Source: Psammoneis japonica
Taxonomy: Eukaryota
Direction: 5' to 3'
Length of the DNA stretch: 64,000 nucleotides
Assembly (NCBI GenBank): GCA_008632985.1
Contig: QPGO01000253.1
Coordinates: 1 to 64,000, forward strand
Under the pieces are notes generated by a model, which saw only the letters and a list, made by a program, of their open reading frames with translations, searched no databases and was not told the origin of the DNA. Within the stretch, counting starts at the first letter, position 1, and the number at the start of each line of letters is the position of its first letter. This document shows positions 25,177 to 40,110 of the stretch, one piece after another. A program made the translations under genes and the position numbers.

Positions 25177-26345
25177 TGTCAATTCTTCAAAGAGAGCATT
25201 TTTTATTTGGTTGCTGCAGCAGAAATCGGCCATCGCGCGGCGGTGCCAGACGGACAGACGGACTGTGCAGGGGACCGCGCGCTCCCGCCCTGAATTGCGT
25301 GCATCGCGCACGAAGCACACAGATTCAGACCTCTCGTGCTTTTCCCCCGCTGAGATTGAATCGGAGTCCAAGGGATCATGCCCTCTAGCCACTTCAAGAG
25401 GAAGACGACATTGGTGATGCTTTTGGCAGTGGCCAGTGCAAGCGCTGCTTTGAGTCACACAGGTGGGAAAAAGCCTGCAGCAAATGTGTGCCTCAGATGG
25501 GCAAGAAGGCACACTCAGCCAGAGCAACTCTGCTCCAGCCAATGAACAGCATGTTGGGTGTTGAGTGTTCTGTTGAAGATGTTGCTTTGCTTGTCAACAT
25601 TGAAACTTGTTTGAGTGAAAGAGAAGATTTGGAAAAGGAAAGCCTGCTTTTGGAAAAGAAACAACAGCGCCTCTGTGTGCAAGCAACAAGAAGAAAAGTG
25701 CGGGCAGCTTCTCCTGCCAACTTCAAGTGTTGCAAAGCACTGCTGCAGCAAAGTTTGAGGGCCTGCTTTGAGAACAAAGTGGGTGTGAAAAAATCTCTTC
25801 TTTGCTGACAAAAGTGCCGCGCACCAAAGTCATTGCAGCGTTGTTGGAGCGCATTCTGTGTGCTTTGACTCATGTGTCCCATGGTGCACTCCATGAAGAA
25901 ATCTTGCTTTCTCTTGATGTCTGCCAATGCTGCCAACTGCCAAAGCCATCACACGCTTCCACGTTGGCTGAGTCGCCCCCCCCCCCCATTGTCTTTTTCT
26001 TCTTGCTGTGGCTGGTTTTTGCGAATGCTGTCGGTCTCATGTTGCCACACCATGCACCTCAGGCAGAGGTGTTGCAGCAAAGCTTGTCATGCGAGTGTGT
26101 GTGAAGCTTTCACTGCAAGATTTTTGCATGTGTGTGGTGACCACCCAAGTGATGAATGGAGCACAAAATTCCACACGACGATCGACGGTCTGTCCAACTG
26201 CACGTTGCTCCCAGACTCTGGCTGGAGTGTGTGATCCCTGCTGCAAGCTCCAGCTGGCAGTGGCTGGAGCTGCTCCAGTGGAGCTGGCAGCTGGAGGCAA
26301 CTGCAACGACACTGTTCACCAAGCAGATCTGCCGCATCACAAACA

Positions 26346-26619
26346 CAGAAGCAACAATGTTCTTTTGCCGATTTCTTTTGTCGGCTCACGAGCAAAAGCC
26401 TTGTCTCGTGATTGAAAACTGCATTGCTGGGTGCCTGCTTCTCTTTTCTTTTGCCATTTCCCACCTGCGCCGACACACCACACTAAATTGTTGCAGGCAA
26501 TGTGTTGGAACGCAGAAGTGACAATGTTCTTTTGCCGATTTCTTTTGTCGGCTCACGAACGAAAGCCTTGTCTCGTGATTGAAAATTGCATTGCTGGGTG
26601 CCTGCTTCTCTTTTCTTTT
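26346..26619 (+). repeat. 107-bp direct duplication (26346-26452 / 26513-26619)
   Basis: CAGAAG..ACAATGTTCTTTTGCCGATTTCTTTTGTCGGCTCACG...CTCTTTTCTTTT occurs twice, with 5 transition differences. Confidence 0.9.
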
Positions 26620-26649
26620 TACATTGGACCTTTGGAGATGCTCTGATGT

Positions 26650-28700
26650 TGTTTTTGATGACTGTGACCCAACCTCAGAGGATCGGCAGCCCAATCAGGT
26701 AGAGCAAACCAGTTGTGGCAGACACATTTGACGTTGTTGATAAAAGCCAAAGAAGCCAACGCCATCTCCCAGCCAATGGAGTGCCACAACACAGGGGCGA
26801 ATGGCCAAGAGAAAGCACGCTGTCACAGACAAGGGAACAACAATCCGAAAGGGTGTGACACCGGCTTTGGCACATCGATGTGAAACCATGGATGCCTCAC
26901 TTGCACACAAGGCAAACAAAGCCATGTCGACTGTGGGGTCTGTTGCAATGGATGTAAAGTGGACACGCGATTCCACCAGTCACATCACTTCCACCCAACA
27001 CAAAGGAGATGCAGTCAGGTGAAAAGATGGCAGCCAGCAAACCAATTGCCACCGCAGCACCCACGCAAACACAGCACTTCAGTCTCGCTGCGCAGCTTGG
27101 TCCAGGATGAAATCGGCGCCAGCATCGGGAATTCCAGGGAACGCACGGATCGCTTGGGATCATTTAGAGATGACTTCATGAATTGGCTTAGATCTGTAAA
27201 ATCCACTGCTGAAAGGCCTTGTCCATCATTTTTGTTGCCTCCTTCTCTTCAACCAGCACTCGTTTCCCATCTTTGACAGTGCAAGTGAACTTCTGTTTCT
27301 TGATCCGTACACTTTCCTTGGGGGAAATGAAGACTGCCTTGTACGGTCTCTTGCATGTGTCGATTTCATTGAGGCACTCCATGGTCTGGTGGGCTCCATT
27401 GCTTTTGAGATCATGGGTCGTCTCAGTGATGGTGATCTGAAGCGGATGGACCTCACCGTCCATGTGAAAGCAGCATCATTTGATGCGGACCACCAGCAGA
27501 GCTTCATTGAAGAAACCTTTGACGTGTGTGACAAGTGTGCCTCATCATTCATCCTCTGCCAAACCGCCAACAGTGCATCCGTCAACATCAAGGTTGCAAA
27601 AGACATGGGCCATCCTCGTGTGTCTTGCAAGAATCACAACCTGTCGCTGCAGAACAACAAGATCATGGATCAGGATGTGGAGTCAAACGATTGCACTGCC
27701 AAGGTGTGCAATCTATCTTCATCAGTGAGGGGGCCTCTGCCAAATGTTCCACTGCACTCTGAAACGCCACCGCCAAGCCTGACAAGCACAGCAGCGCCCG
27801 TGCAAAGGCTGCATCCGTCACAAGGAAATGGACAGGGTCGGAAGAAGCCCTCAGATCTTACCTCAAGCTCCACCCTCATTGCCACAAACTCATTGAGCAG
27901 GGCAAGTCGGGCAAGCTGCAGGAACATCAGGAAACTGCAGAGATGTCCTTTCTCAAGAAATGCAAGACTCACGACAAGTGCCCAAAGCAGACAAGGAAGG
28001 TGTCGGAACACATGCAGTGCAAAAAGAAACCACTCCACAAGTGCCAAGATCTTCTGAACAAGCTGATGTCAAAGGTGAGAAGGAAAGTGCACAAGCCCAA
28101 AAGCAGCTGCTGCAAGTGCACCCTGGGAGATGACAAGATCAAGCCCGACAATGGCTTGTCCATGCACCCCGACTTTGAGACAGGAGCAGCCAAGATTCAG
28201 AAAGGAGTGGCCTGCGAGAGCAGCATGACCAAAGCTGAAAAGCTGGCTTGCAAGTTTCTGCTCAAATCTAGCTTTGAACATCATGAGGGTGGTTCTGCAG
28301 AAGAGGACAAGGACAGCGACGACAGCAGTGACAGCAGCGACAGCAGTGACGATGACATCGACAAAGCGGTGGCAGCAGACAACAAGCGGGCCGCCAGGGA
28401 AATGGAGAATGGGTCTTTGTGCATTGATTGTGGCCTCATCATGGGCAGTGCGGCAGTGGTGGAACAACTGTGGAGCAAGGCCGACTGGGTCATGACCAAG
28501 CAAAGGGCTGGTTTGTCTCCTCTGGTTTTTGAAATGATCTTGTTTCTGAAGGAAAACAAGGATCTCTCTGGAGCATCCAAGATGTGGTTGAAGCCAACAA
28601 CAACAGACTGGAGAAAAACAAGGAGAGCCAAGCATCCAAGAAGATCGAAGAGGAGGCCCTCATTGCAGCCACATGGCGGCCATGGTGGCGAGCAATGATG
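26650..28700 (+). pseudogene. Degenerate hAT transposase
   Basis: TANSASVNIKVAKDMGHPRVSCKNHNLSL (DNasvN...CxxH) and the hAT dimerisation domain CIDCGLIMGSAAVVEQLWS...RAGLSPLVFEMILFLKEN; frameshifted. Confidence 0.8.
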
Positions 28701-28794
28701 ATGACGATGATGACGAAGATTGGCGGCAATTGCTCGGCCACAATTGTGCGGCCAATTGCAGTTGGTTGCAATTTGATTGCAGCCTCTCTAGCTC

Positions 28795-29165
28795 CAGTGG
28801 TCATCCGCACAAATGCCACAATGCCATGCATGGCATTTCTTTCTGCGGCGAAACTGGCACTGATTCTGCGCAATGCCACATAAAATGCCACATTTTGTGC
28901 GTGAAAAAAGCGTGCCGGCGATTGATTCGTGGCCCCCGACTGCGACAAACTCATTTCTTGTGTGTGTGGAAGCCTTGGAATGCCGCTTCCAATCAATTTT
29001 CCCTTGTGCATTTCATGCGCCCCCATGCCCAGCGGTGTTCAAAGCTTTGCCATCAATGGAAAAACAGTTGGGGAGCATTGGAAAAATGGTGGTGGCGTTT
29101 GGGATCAAAGTGCCACATTCATGCCACACTCAGGGCAAATGTGGCATTTGTGCGGACAGCCACTG
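28795..29165. mobile_element. ~370-bp MITE with hAT-like CAGTGG termini
   Basis: CAGTGGtcaTCCGCACAAATGCCACA (28795-28820) pairs with TGTGGCATTTGTGCGGAcagCCACTG (29140-29165); internal TGCCACA repeats. No clear 8-bp TSD. Confidence 0.75.
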
Positions 29166-29773
29166 GCTGCAATTGATGGAACAGCTCCAGCATTGGCGGG
29201 AAATTAAAAATGAAATTTTCTGGGGGTTTGTCTCACCGCTCTCCTCAGAAGTGGTGGAAGCGGCAGGTTTCGCTGTCACAGAACTTCCCTCATCGCCGAT
29301 GGCAGAAGAGCTGGCCTTCTTCTCCTTGCTGCTGCTCTCAGAAACAGCTTTGCTTGGTTCTAAAAACATGCTTGGGTTGTGGAGGGCTTCACGAAAAAAG
29401 TCCAGTGGAACAACGTGGTTTTCATGCAGCTTCGCCTTCTTGGGTTCTCTGCGGAGCTCCTCATCGGTGGTGAGAGCCACAAGTCTTCCTCGCTTCGCGA
29501 CAACACCCATCATGATGGCCGGGTGAAATTGTGAAAGCACAGAGTTGGAGCCACAGAAGGGACAAGCAAGCAAGAGAACCTGCAGCAGAAAGTCAACAGT
29601 GCGCTGTCTTGTCAGAAAGAGGAGGAAAGCAATCGTGGTGCGGGTCCCGAGTTCCGAGTCCCGAGTTCCACGGTGACGCTCCTGCCTTCTTTGGCCCACT
29701 TGGGGGAATTGAAGCTGACACTGACACCGCACCCCATCTACGGTGCCGGCATCGCCATCCCCGCATCCCGGTA

Positions 29774-29888
29774 GTTTCCCTACACTCCCAACTGGGAGGT
29801 CTGTAAGTGGTACGGAAGAAGACAGAGGTTTCCCTACACTCCCAACTGGGAGGTCTGTAAGTGGTACGGAAGAAGACAGGTTTCCCTA
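29774..29888 (+). repeat. Tandem 54/52-bp repeat containing the hairpin CTCCCA-AC-TGGGAG
   Basis: GTTTCCCTACACTCCCAACTGGGAGGTCTGTAAGTGGTACGGAAGAAGACAG twice plus a partial third copy; an inverted homologue lies at 52805-52851. Confidence 0.9.
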
Positions 29889-30042
29889 AAACCAATAATG
29901 CCGGTAATCCCGCATCCACATCACAAGCGAAACATCAACAACAGCAGGTGACTGACTCGTTTAGTTGCCATCAGGGGTTGCCAACGTTATTATACGTTCG
30001 TCTTCACCTTGTTCTTTGAAAGTGGCTCTTCCTAGTGTAGGG

Positions 30043-31542
30043 ATGAAGGTCAAGGAAGCGATAGCTACCATGGGGTCAAAAGCAAAAGAGGCTCTTCGAA
30101 CAGAGGATGTGCCGTCTCTACTGCCCAAACGCGGTAGTAGTACTTTTGATGCGGACGACAGCGACAGCGACACGGTATCGCTAGACCCCGGTGAAAAGGC
30201 GTTGCTATTAGACGCGTTTGAAGAGGAGTTGTCAATTCCAGATTTCGTAAAGCAAGTCTCTTTTGAACGGAGCTTCTCGACCAGTTTCTCGGACTTATCT
30301 GGCAACCTGTCGTCGGGCAAGGCGATTGAAAAAAGTAGAGAGGTTCTGCCGGCTTACGGACGTCGTCTATCAGCTGAGGATGCCGCCAAACTCATGCCAC
30401 CAGGAGGGAATGGTCTTGTATGGAGAGCACAAATCATTCCTGATGACTATTTTGTAGATGGGAAACTCCTACCCGGTTTGCAGGAGAGAGATTTCGATCC
30501 CATAAATCAATCGATCAAGCCCTGTCGGCCAAGTCTACCTGTTACCGAATCCGATCTGCTGTCGTCCTTGACAAAAATTGATGGAGAAAAAGGTCCACGG
30601 TGGATTTTTCATGGCATTCTAAATGACTGGCCGTGTTTACAGTGTCTAGAGCTGTTGCGCTTGGAACGCAAGAGAGAATGTTCGGCAGTGGCACCGAGGG
30701 CTCTTTTCGGGAATCGGTGGGAAAGCCATTGGCAACACGACCGCGAGGGGCGAGACGGACAAGATCCCTCCATTCCACATGGAGATCAACAATTGTTTTG
30801 GGCTGTTCTTCAAAGCCCGCCGTGGTCTTCTTCGGGCTGGTCCCCAGATAGTCCTGGCTTTGCATTCTGGTACGAAGAACAGCATCCAGAAAGGCCGAGA
30901 CTGACATTTGGCACCCAAATGCTGGAAACAGCTTCAAGCGACATTTGCACATTTGTTCATATGGTCTCTCATCGGTATGCTGTTAAACGAGAATCGCCGA
31001 AAGACATGATGACCTATCATAGCGTTGTACTCCTCGAATGGGAACACGGACGGTACTGCACTGTTGTGGAAGAAGCGTATCTGAATGGCATTGGCGGGTA
31101 CAAGGGAAAGTGCAATTGGTATCACGACAAGGACGAGCCAGTTACACAGCTTTATAGGTCAATCCCTCCTGAGATGATTGCACCGTGGTTATCGACTCAC
31201 TCGGAGATCCGTTGCTACGATGTCGGAGTGAAGAATCTGGAGGAGTTCAAACTGTACATTGAACAGTATGAAGGCTCCCGTTTTCTTGATCCACACTACT
31301 CCTTTTCTCATTGCGCCAGGTTGACTTACAGGACCAGGACGCACATTGCACAGTATCTTCTGAACTACATTCGACGCGACTGCTCGTATCATGAGCTGAG
31401 GAGAAATTGTCAAACGTTTGCTGCCGACTTTACAAGCTTTCTGGCCGGTAAAAAGGACGTAGAACCCTTTCATCCCGTGAACCGAATACAATATCGGAAC
31501 CAGAATCATATGTTTTTGTACGATAGCACCATGTACGACTAA
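30043..31542 (+). CDS. Uncharacterised protein, possible PPPDE/permuted-papain-like C-terminal domain
   Basis: Intact ~500-aa ORF with normal composition; YHSVVLLE...YHELRRNCQTFA resembles the His...Y-x4-NC signature. Confidence 0.7.
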   Translation: MKVKEAIATMGSKAKEALRTEDVPSLLPKRGSSTFDADDSDSDTVSLDPGEKALLLDAFEEELSIPDFVKQVSFERSFSTSFSDLSGNLSSGKAIEKSREVLPAYGRRLSAEDAAKLMPPGGNGLVWRAQIIPDDYFVDGKLLPGLQERDFDPINQSIKPCRPSLPVTESDLLSSLTKIDGEKGPRWIFHGILNDWPCLQCLELLRLERKRECSAVAPRALFGNRWESHWQHDREGRDGQDPSIPHGDQQLFWAVLQSPPWSSSGWSPDSPGFAFWYEEQHPERPRLTFGTQMLETASSDICTFVHMVSHRYAVKRESPKDMMTYHSVVLLEWEHGRYCTVVEEAYLNGIGGYKGKCNWYHDKDEPVTQLYRSIPPEMIAPWLSTHSEIRCYDVGVKNLEEFKLYIEQYEGSRFLDPHYSFSHCARLTYRTRTHIAQYLLNYIRRDCSYHELRRNCQTFAADFTSFLAGKKDVEPFHPVNRIQYRNQNHMFLYDSTMYD

Positions 31543-31655
31543 AAGGTTAGAAAATATCTATGTGCGTGTGTACTCTCGCCCTTTCTGTACAGCTAAAGTA
31601 ACGACTAGCTAGAGTCAAGCCAGGCTATAGTAAGATTATAAGAAGTCGTGATGCA

Positions 31656-33101
31656 TCAGTCATACATGTCATCTCCATCAGCAGCTCCTCCTCCTTCACC
31701 GCTGTTGCCCCCCGAGTTTCCGCCAGAGTCGCCACCGCCGCCGCCACCACCACTCGGGTCATTATCGAATCCAAAGGCACCACCGCCTTGTCCCGCCGAA
31801 TCCATCAACAAGTTGGCAGCCAAGGCCTCGTTCTTGTCGCAGGCCAAAAACGCCTGAGCCGCGTCCGCCCGGTCAAACCCCATTTCCGTAAGACGATCCA
31901 CAGCGGCCATTTCTTCCTCGGAAAGCCTCAAGACTGGTGGCTGGAACCCACCTCCTCCCATACCGCCTCCCATGCCACCACCGCTTTGCTGCATGGCTTG
32001 CATCATGTATTCTTGGAGTTGTTCCGGTGGCATTTGTCCAATCATGCGTCCGGCAGCCTGCAGCTGTTCGGGGGAGATGCCCATCATGGCGGCCATTTCA
32101 TTGAGCTCGTTTGGATTCATGTTTTGCAGCAACTGTGCCATTTCCGCCGGATTGCCCATTCCGGGAGGCATACCGCCACTGGACATGCCACTGGGTGCAG
32201 CAGGAGAAGACCCGCCACCCGACGACGGAGCAGCCGCGGGAGCGTCCGTAACTGGTTCGTTCATAATTTCCAAAAAGCGAGCCTGATTGGCATTGATTTC
32301 CTCGAGAAGAGCGGGGCTCTGCTGTCCAATCTGAGTCAGGACAGCCTGAAGCATCTGAGGATTTGATTGAACGAGACGTCGCAAATCATTAAACTGAGGG
32401 TGTTGACGCAACGCCTGAAGCGGCTCTCCGTTGCCACTGCTAGCTCCAGAAGCACCCGATGGTGCAGAAGTAGCAGAAGGCTGTGCAGCCGCCGGAATAC
32501 CATTGGTCAGAAATTCCACCGCCACGTCGGGATTCCCATTCGAGGCACGCAAACAGGCACGCACTTCAGCTTCTGGAAAGCCCATACCTGTGAGATTGCT
32601 CACCACCTCGGCAGGAAACTCATCCGCGGCGGCAGCCTCAGCCGCCGGTGCGTCTGAACGCGCAGGTGCAGCAGGGGTGTCCGCTGCCGGCTTTGCTTTT
32701 GGCGTGGGTGCCACCGCAGCGGTTGTATCGGGACTATCCGGAACTGCTGCAGCAGCGGCGGCTGGTGCAGCAGCTGGAGCAGCAGGTTTCTTCGCCTTTG
32801 TCACCATAACGACGAGAAAGTCATTCGGTTTGATGTTGCAGGATTCAACCGTGACGTCGTCTTTCAGAACCTTTCCCGAATGAATCAGCTTCATGTTTGC
32901 CGCCGGAAGCTCTGACTTGGCTTGCTCCTGTAGTATATTGAGTTAGAGAGAGTCAGAGTGATGAATATGATAACTTACACGTAAACATACCGCAGATGTA
33001 CGCAGACTCACAATTATACCCTTCACATCAGCAATTTTATTTGTTGGCTCGGCATCCACCGTGAATTTCTCTCCCTTGAGAGTCTTTACTGTCAATTTCA
33101 T
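31656..33101 (-). CDS. RAD23: UV excision repair / ubiquitin shuttle RAD23 (exons 33101-33012, 32927-31656)
   Basis: UBL MKLTVKTLKG...KLIHSGKVLKDD; UBA1 MGFPEAEV...NPDVAVEFL; XPC-binding LRQHPQF..LRRLVQSNP; UBA2 AFLACDKNEALAANLL. Confidence 0.96.
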
Positions 33102-33534
33102 TCTCGATTGTACTGTTGTGCCTGCCTAAAGGTCAATACACGCCGCCAGTCTTTGCTGTCAATCTCAATCACACACCGCTCCCGGTTGTTATGAGTTTTG
33201 TTGTTGCTGTGCCGGCCTTGGGCGGGCAGTGCCGCGATCTTGCGGTGTGTACCACGTTTCACGTAGAAATCTACGTAACGATTTTTCAGATTTATCGATT
33301 TCGGAGCTCCTCTCTCCAGTTCGAAAGTCGAATCCTACGACTAACTCGGAAATCCACGATGCACAAAGCACAAAGCACTTTTATGGATAGGACCAAGTCA
33401 CTGAGCGGGTGCGATAATGATTCTTCGGACGTCGGGACGCGGGCACGATGAACATGGTTACAGTATTGGCTATTGTCAAAGAATAAAAGGAGTTGCACAC
33501 ATCGAGAGCAACTCGATAATCTATATTCGTCGCA

Positions 33535-33945
33535 ATGGAGAATGAAACGGTTGAATCCTTGCCATCTGATGAAATCAAGAACCAACAGAACTCCAACGCG
33601 GCAAAAGACAAGGTTATTGCAGAGAAAAAGCATTCGGACGACAACAATACGACGATAAACAAGACTGACAATGTTACGGACAAAAAGGTCAAGGTCCATT
33701 TTGTGGCGGTCGGTAGCGCACCGCTCATGAAGAAGACAAAGTTCCAAATCAATTCTCAACAACGATTCTCAGCGGTTATTTCCTTTTTACGAAAAATGCT
33801 CAAGCTCAAGGGAGAAGCGCTGTTTTTGTACTGCAATTCAGCCTTTGTGCCAAGTCCGGATCAGCTTGTGGGCGAACTGAACGAAGCCTTCAGTGTACGC
33901 GGTGAGCTTGTGTTGCACTATAGTTTGCAAGAAGCGTGGGGGTAG
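33535..33945 (+). CDS. ATG12: Ubiquitin-like autophagy protein ATG12
   Basis: KVHFVAVGSAPLMKK...LFLYCNSAFVPSPDQ...HYSLQEAWG with terminal Gly. Confidence 0.95.
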   Translation: MENETVESLPSDEIKNQQNSNAAKDKVIAEKKHSDDNNTTINKTDNVTDKKVKVHFVAVGSAPLMKKTKFQINSQQRFSAVISFLRKMLKLKGEALFLYCNSAFVPSPDQLVGELNEAFSVRGELVLHYSLQEAWG

Positions 33946-34199
33946 CCTCCTTGAATGGAAGATTTAGGAGAGAGCGGATCGAATCTGATAAATGTGAGTC
34001 GCCAAGCTCACTCAGCAGAACGAGTGTGCTTATTCTCCAGCCGCCAACCTGAGCTTTTAGTGAGTCTTTCTTAGCCACTCCATCTGCTGTTCAAGTGATT
34101 GTCACTAATGACAGCGATATTAATCATCCGAAACTAAACAAACAACAACAACTTAAAGTAGCTGTGGAATAGACTGGATTGGAGAATGATGCTCTATGA

Positions 34200-35636
34200 G
34201 ATGGTACCCGCGTGTTTAAGGCGTCATAAAATGATGTACGCGATATTAAAATCTTTCCTCCGCTTGCCCACTTCACTGAACTCTTGCGAGCATTATAAAG
34301 GTCTTCTCGCATACCACTTTGATAGAAATGCTTGTACTCACAAGGCACTCCGATCGTTTGCACGCGAAAGCGCAAGCGACACGCTTTCACCCTGATCTTT
34401 GGTGTCCAGAAGGCTTAGAAAGTCTCCCTGTTGTAGACGCGCTTTCCATCTACAGCGACTATAACGTCCCTGACGTCTAGCGTTCCATCAGGTTGAACGA
34501 TAAAAGACTCCAAACCGGCCTCCGCAGCTGGGCTGTTGGCAGGACACTCATAATGGGGGCTCCACGAAGCACTCTGTCGTTTGCGTTTTCTACATCTCGT
34601 TGCACTTTGTCAGGGATCACATACAGGCCAATCGTTGGTGGGTTGTCTTTCCATCTCGAATGATTTGATTTGCAATCCTTTTGACAGTGTCGATTGGAAT
34701 AGCAAAGTGCAACCCACAAGCACGAAAAGCGGGCATTCCAATCACTCGACCCCAAGTATCCAATAGCGGACCACCGCTTTGTCATTCCCCAGCGACACTA
34801 GGTGAGAAGGGCAAAAGAATAGAGCAAAGAACATTCAGTCGGTTGCAATCAAGAATCGAGAACTACAACTCCAAAGCTCTTTCGGCACATACCGTCTGCT
34901 TGTATGCATCCAGGAACGTAGTAGGAACTATCCCTCCAATGTCGACCCAAACCACTGATCGCTCCTTTAGAAAAAGTGTTTGTTAAGCCTCTTGGATGTC
35001 CTATTGCAAGGCAAGTTTGGCCAATTTGAAGGTATCTTGACGTGCCAACGTGAACGGGTCTTGGTAATGACGATTTAGCGGTATTCACTACTCTGAGGAC
35101 GGCGACGTCTCTCGTTGGATCACTCCCAACAACTTCAGCCTCAAATGGAGGAGGAGAATCTGACCGTCACTCGATGAGGTTGGCCATCTCCAAAGACGAC
35201 GTGATGATTTGTTAGAATGTGTCCCTTGTTGTCGAACAAGAATCCGCTGCCTCTTGAGAAAAGATTGATCTTTGACCGGGTATTGTTTCCCTCCGATTCT
35301 GTCACTTCTTTGATCGTTTTTACCTCAATGATTGCAATACTCGGGATCACTTGTTGAAAGACTTTCATGATGCTCCTCTCATGGGCGTATATCTGTTTCG
35401 CAACCCAAGCTCCCGGAGGAACATCACTAGCTTGTCACGCTTAATGTCTTCAAGACGCTCTCGAAAACATAGCTTACTCCTTGTATCAAAGGGATGCCCC
35501 ACGATGATAACGGAGCCTTGTTGCGGCGACAGTGATAGGCCTCAAAGTACAGCGGAGGGCACACGGAGCAGCATTGGCGGCAGCATTCGCCAATCAAGAT
35601 GAGCAGCAGAAGGGCCAAGGCTTTCATGTCCATCAT
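34200..35636 (-). pseudogene. DegP/HtrA-like serine protease with PDZ domain, several frameshifts (pseudogene or assembly errors)
   Basis: GSGFLFDNKGHILTNHHVV, DVAVLRV, GQTCLAIGHP, SGGPLLD..GRVIGM, FAIPIDTV, SPAAEAGL, split across frames. 3' end approximate. Confidence 0.75.
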
Positions 35637-36120
35637 GGCGAGCCAACGTCGTAAGTTATAGCTAATGTTGTTAAGTATCCCTCCAAAAGCCGAGACAATC
35701 ACTTCTTTATTTACTGGAAAGCCATCTCTGTTGATAGCGTGGGGCGGAACCGTGGCGACGAGTGAGGATTGGAGGACCAGAAAAACGAGCCAAAACTGAA
35801 AATCCCAGCTTCCCAAACATTTTTTGTGAACAATTGACGAAAATGACAAAAACGGCAAAGAAACAAGTAATTTGTAGCATCAGAACACAACCACCTCCAA
35901 TAGCCTCTCTCTACTCTAGCTAGGCCCTCATATCTTCTCAAGGCCAGTTCATCACGTTCACCTAACATTCACAAACCGAAAATACAAACACTTTCGTCAA
36001 ACTTCTGGCTTTCTCACTATCTTGGACCACGGAAGCTACTGTGCTTTTTTTAACCGCAAGCAGTAGCGCACTCGGTTGTGACAGGTCGATGCTCTTCATC
36101 CGTTTTTCCCCATGCCCCTA

Positions 36121-37064
36121 CTAAGAGCTCTCACTACCTGAACGACGATCACTACTGCGCCCTCCACTCCTACTTCTGCTAGTACGTCGCCTACGCCGCC
36201 TACTACTATCATCTTGGTCGTTACTGTAACTCCGGCTTCTCCTACGTCGACGGTATCGACGTTCCTCGTCATAATATCGGTCTTCCTCTCGTCGACGACG
36301 ATGACGACGACGTCGGCGTTCTTCTTCGGAATCATCACGAGAATACCTCCGCCTATCTCGTGACCGCCTCCTCCTCCTGCTGCGTTCGTCGCTGGGGCTT
36401 CTCCTCCTCCGCATGTCGTCTCGGTAACGTGATCGATCCGTACGACGACCATACTCATCATAAGCATAATCGACCTACGATGATAATCATCACGTCTAGT
36501 ACGCTCTTCCCATGCGTGTGGAGGACTGACTGGAACAGGCATTCGATGATTCTGATTTTGTTGTTGTCGTGGTGGAGGAGGCCTTGCTGCGGCTTGTTGT
36601 ACTCTCTGCCCTTGTTGTTGTCTCACTGCACGATTTGCTGCTGCTGCTGCTTTTTGTTGTTTGATTTCTTCCTTTTTCTCTTCCAACAACTGGACAGGAA
36701 TTCCCAAGGGTGCCGATTGTGCATCCAACAATAACGTCCACAATTCACTTGCAAACTCGGCCGCTTGTGTTTCACCCAAGAATCCCGCAAGATTTAATTG
36801 TGCACGCTTGGGATCCACAATGGGTGGAGGTGCATCCTCCAACGCCGTGGGCAAAAACAAATTGACGGCCGTCGAGGCGACAATTTCATCGTCCATGCCC
36901 AAAAGGGTGGAAATGCGTTGTTCGACCCATTGCGACAAGACGGGAATGTTGATTTTCGATAAATTGACTTTGGAATTAAAGTTGGAGGGAAAGGTTGTGC
37001 TCTTGAGCATCTTTGTCATGGCATGATCGTCCGCCACACTGGCGGTGCCCTTGATGGTTGGCAT
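36121..37064 (-). CDS. PWI-domain, RS-rich splicing factor (SRm160/SRRM1-like); frameshift near 36450
   Basis: FPSNFNSKVNLSKINIPVLSQWVEQRISTLLGMDDEI...AQLNLAGFL...ELWTLLLDAQ; the RS/RD-rich tail lies in another frame. Confidence 0.85.
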
Positions 37065-37377
37065 GGTGAATGCAAAAGAAGTTGTTGTTGTGATGAGCGT
37101 TGAGGGGGTTGAGGGAGGGAGAAACTCCAAAACGCAATCGAAAAAAAAAAAAAAATCGACAACTCCGCGTTCGTACGTCGCTACGCCATGGTTGATTGGA
37201 CGTCGACGCACAAACACGTGTTGCTGTAGGATTTGGTATGTTTTCTACGAGCATCTATCTCTACGTAGGAATCAGTAGAATCCCTACGACAACCACCGCA
37301 GATGCTCTCCGAAAAGCAAGCGCGAAGCGCGACGCGGTCATTTTTTTTTCCCACGACGGCGCACTTATTGTTTGACC

Positions 37378-40088
<2,711 letters not shown>

Positions 40089-40110
40089 ATGGCTTTTGTT
40101 TTGGTTTGTT

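Larger units (their letters stand above)
25400..29770. mobile_element. TpA-depleted repeat block containing a hAT remnant, a MITE and a local duplication
   Basis: Near absence of TpA with partial CpG retention; contains the three features listed next. Boundaries are approximate. Confidence 0.75.

Noticed and set aside
25177..25542. N-terminal extension of the AlkB ORF
   Set aside because: Read-through into promoter and TE sequence lacking stops; ATG 25176 directly precedes the PIP box.
29774..29888. CRISPR-like direct repeats with a hairpin
   Set aside because: Units are contiguous with no unique spacers, there are only ~2 copies, there are no cas genes, and the context is eukaryotic.
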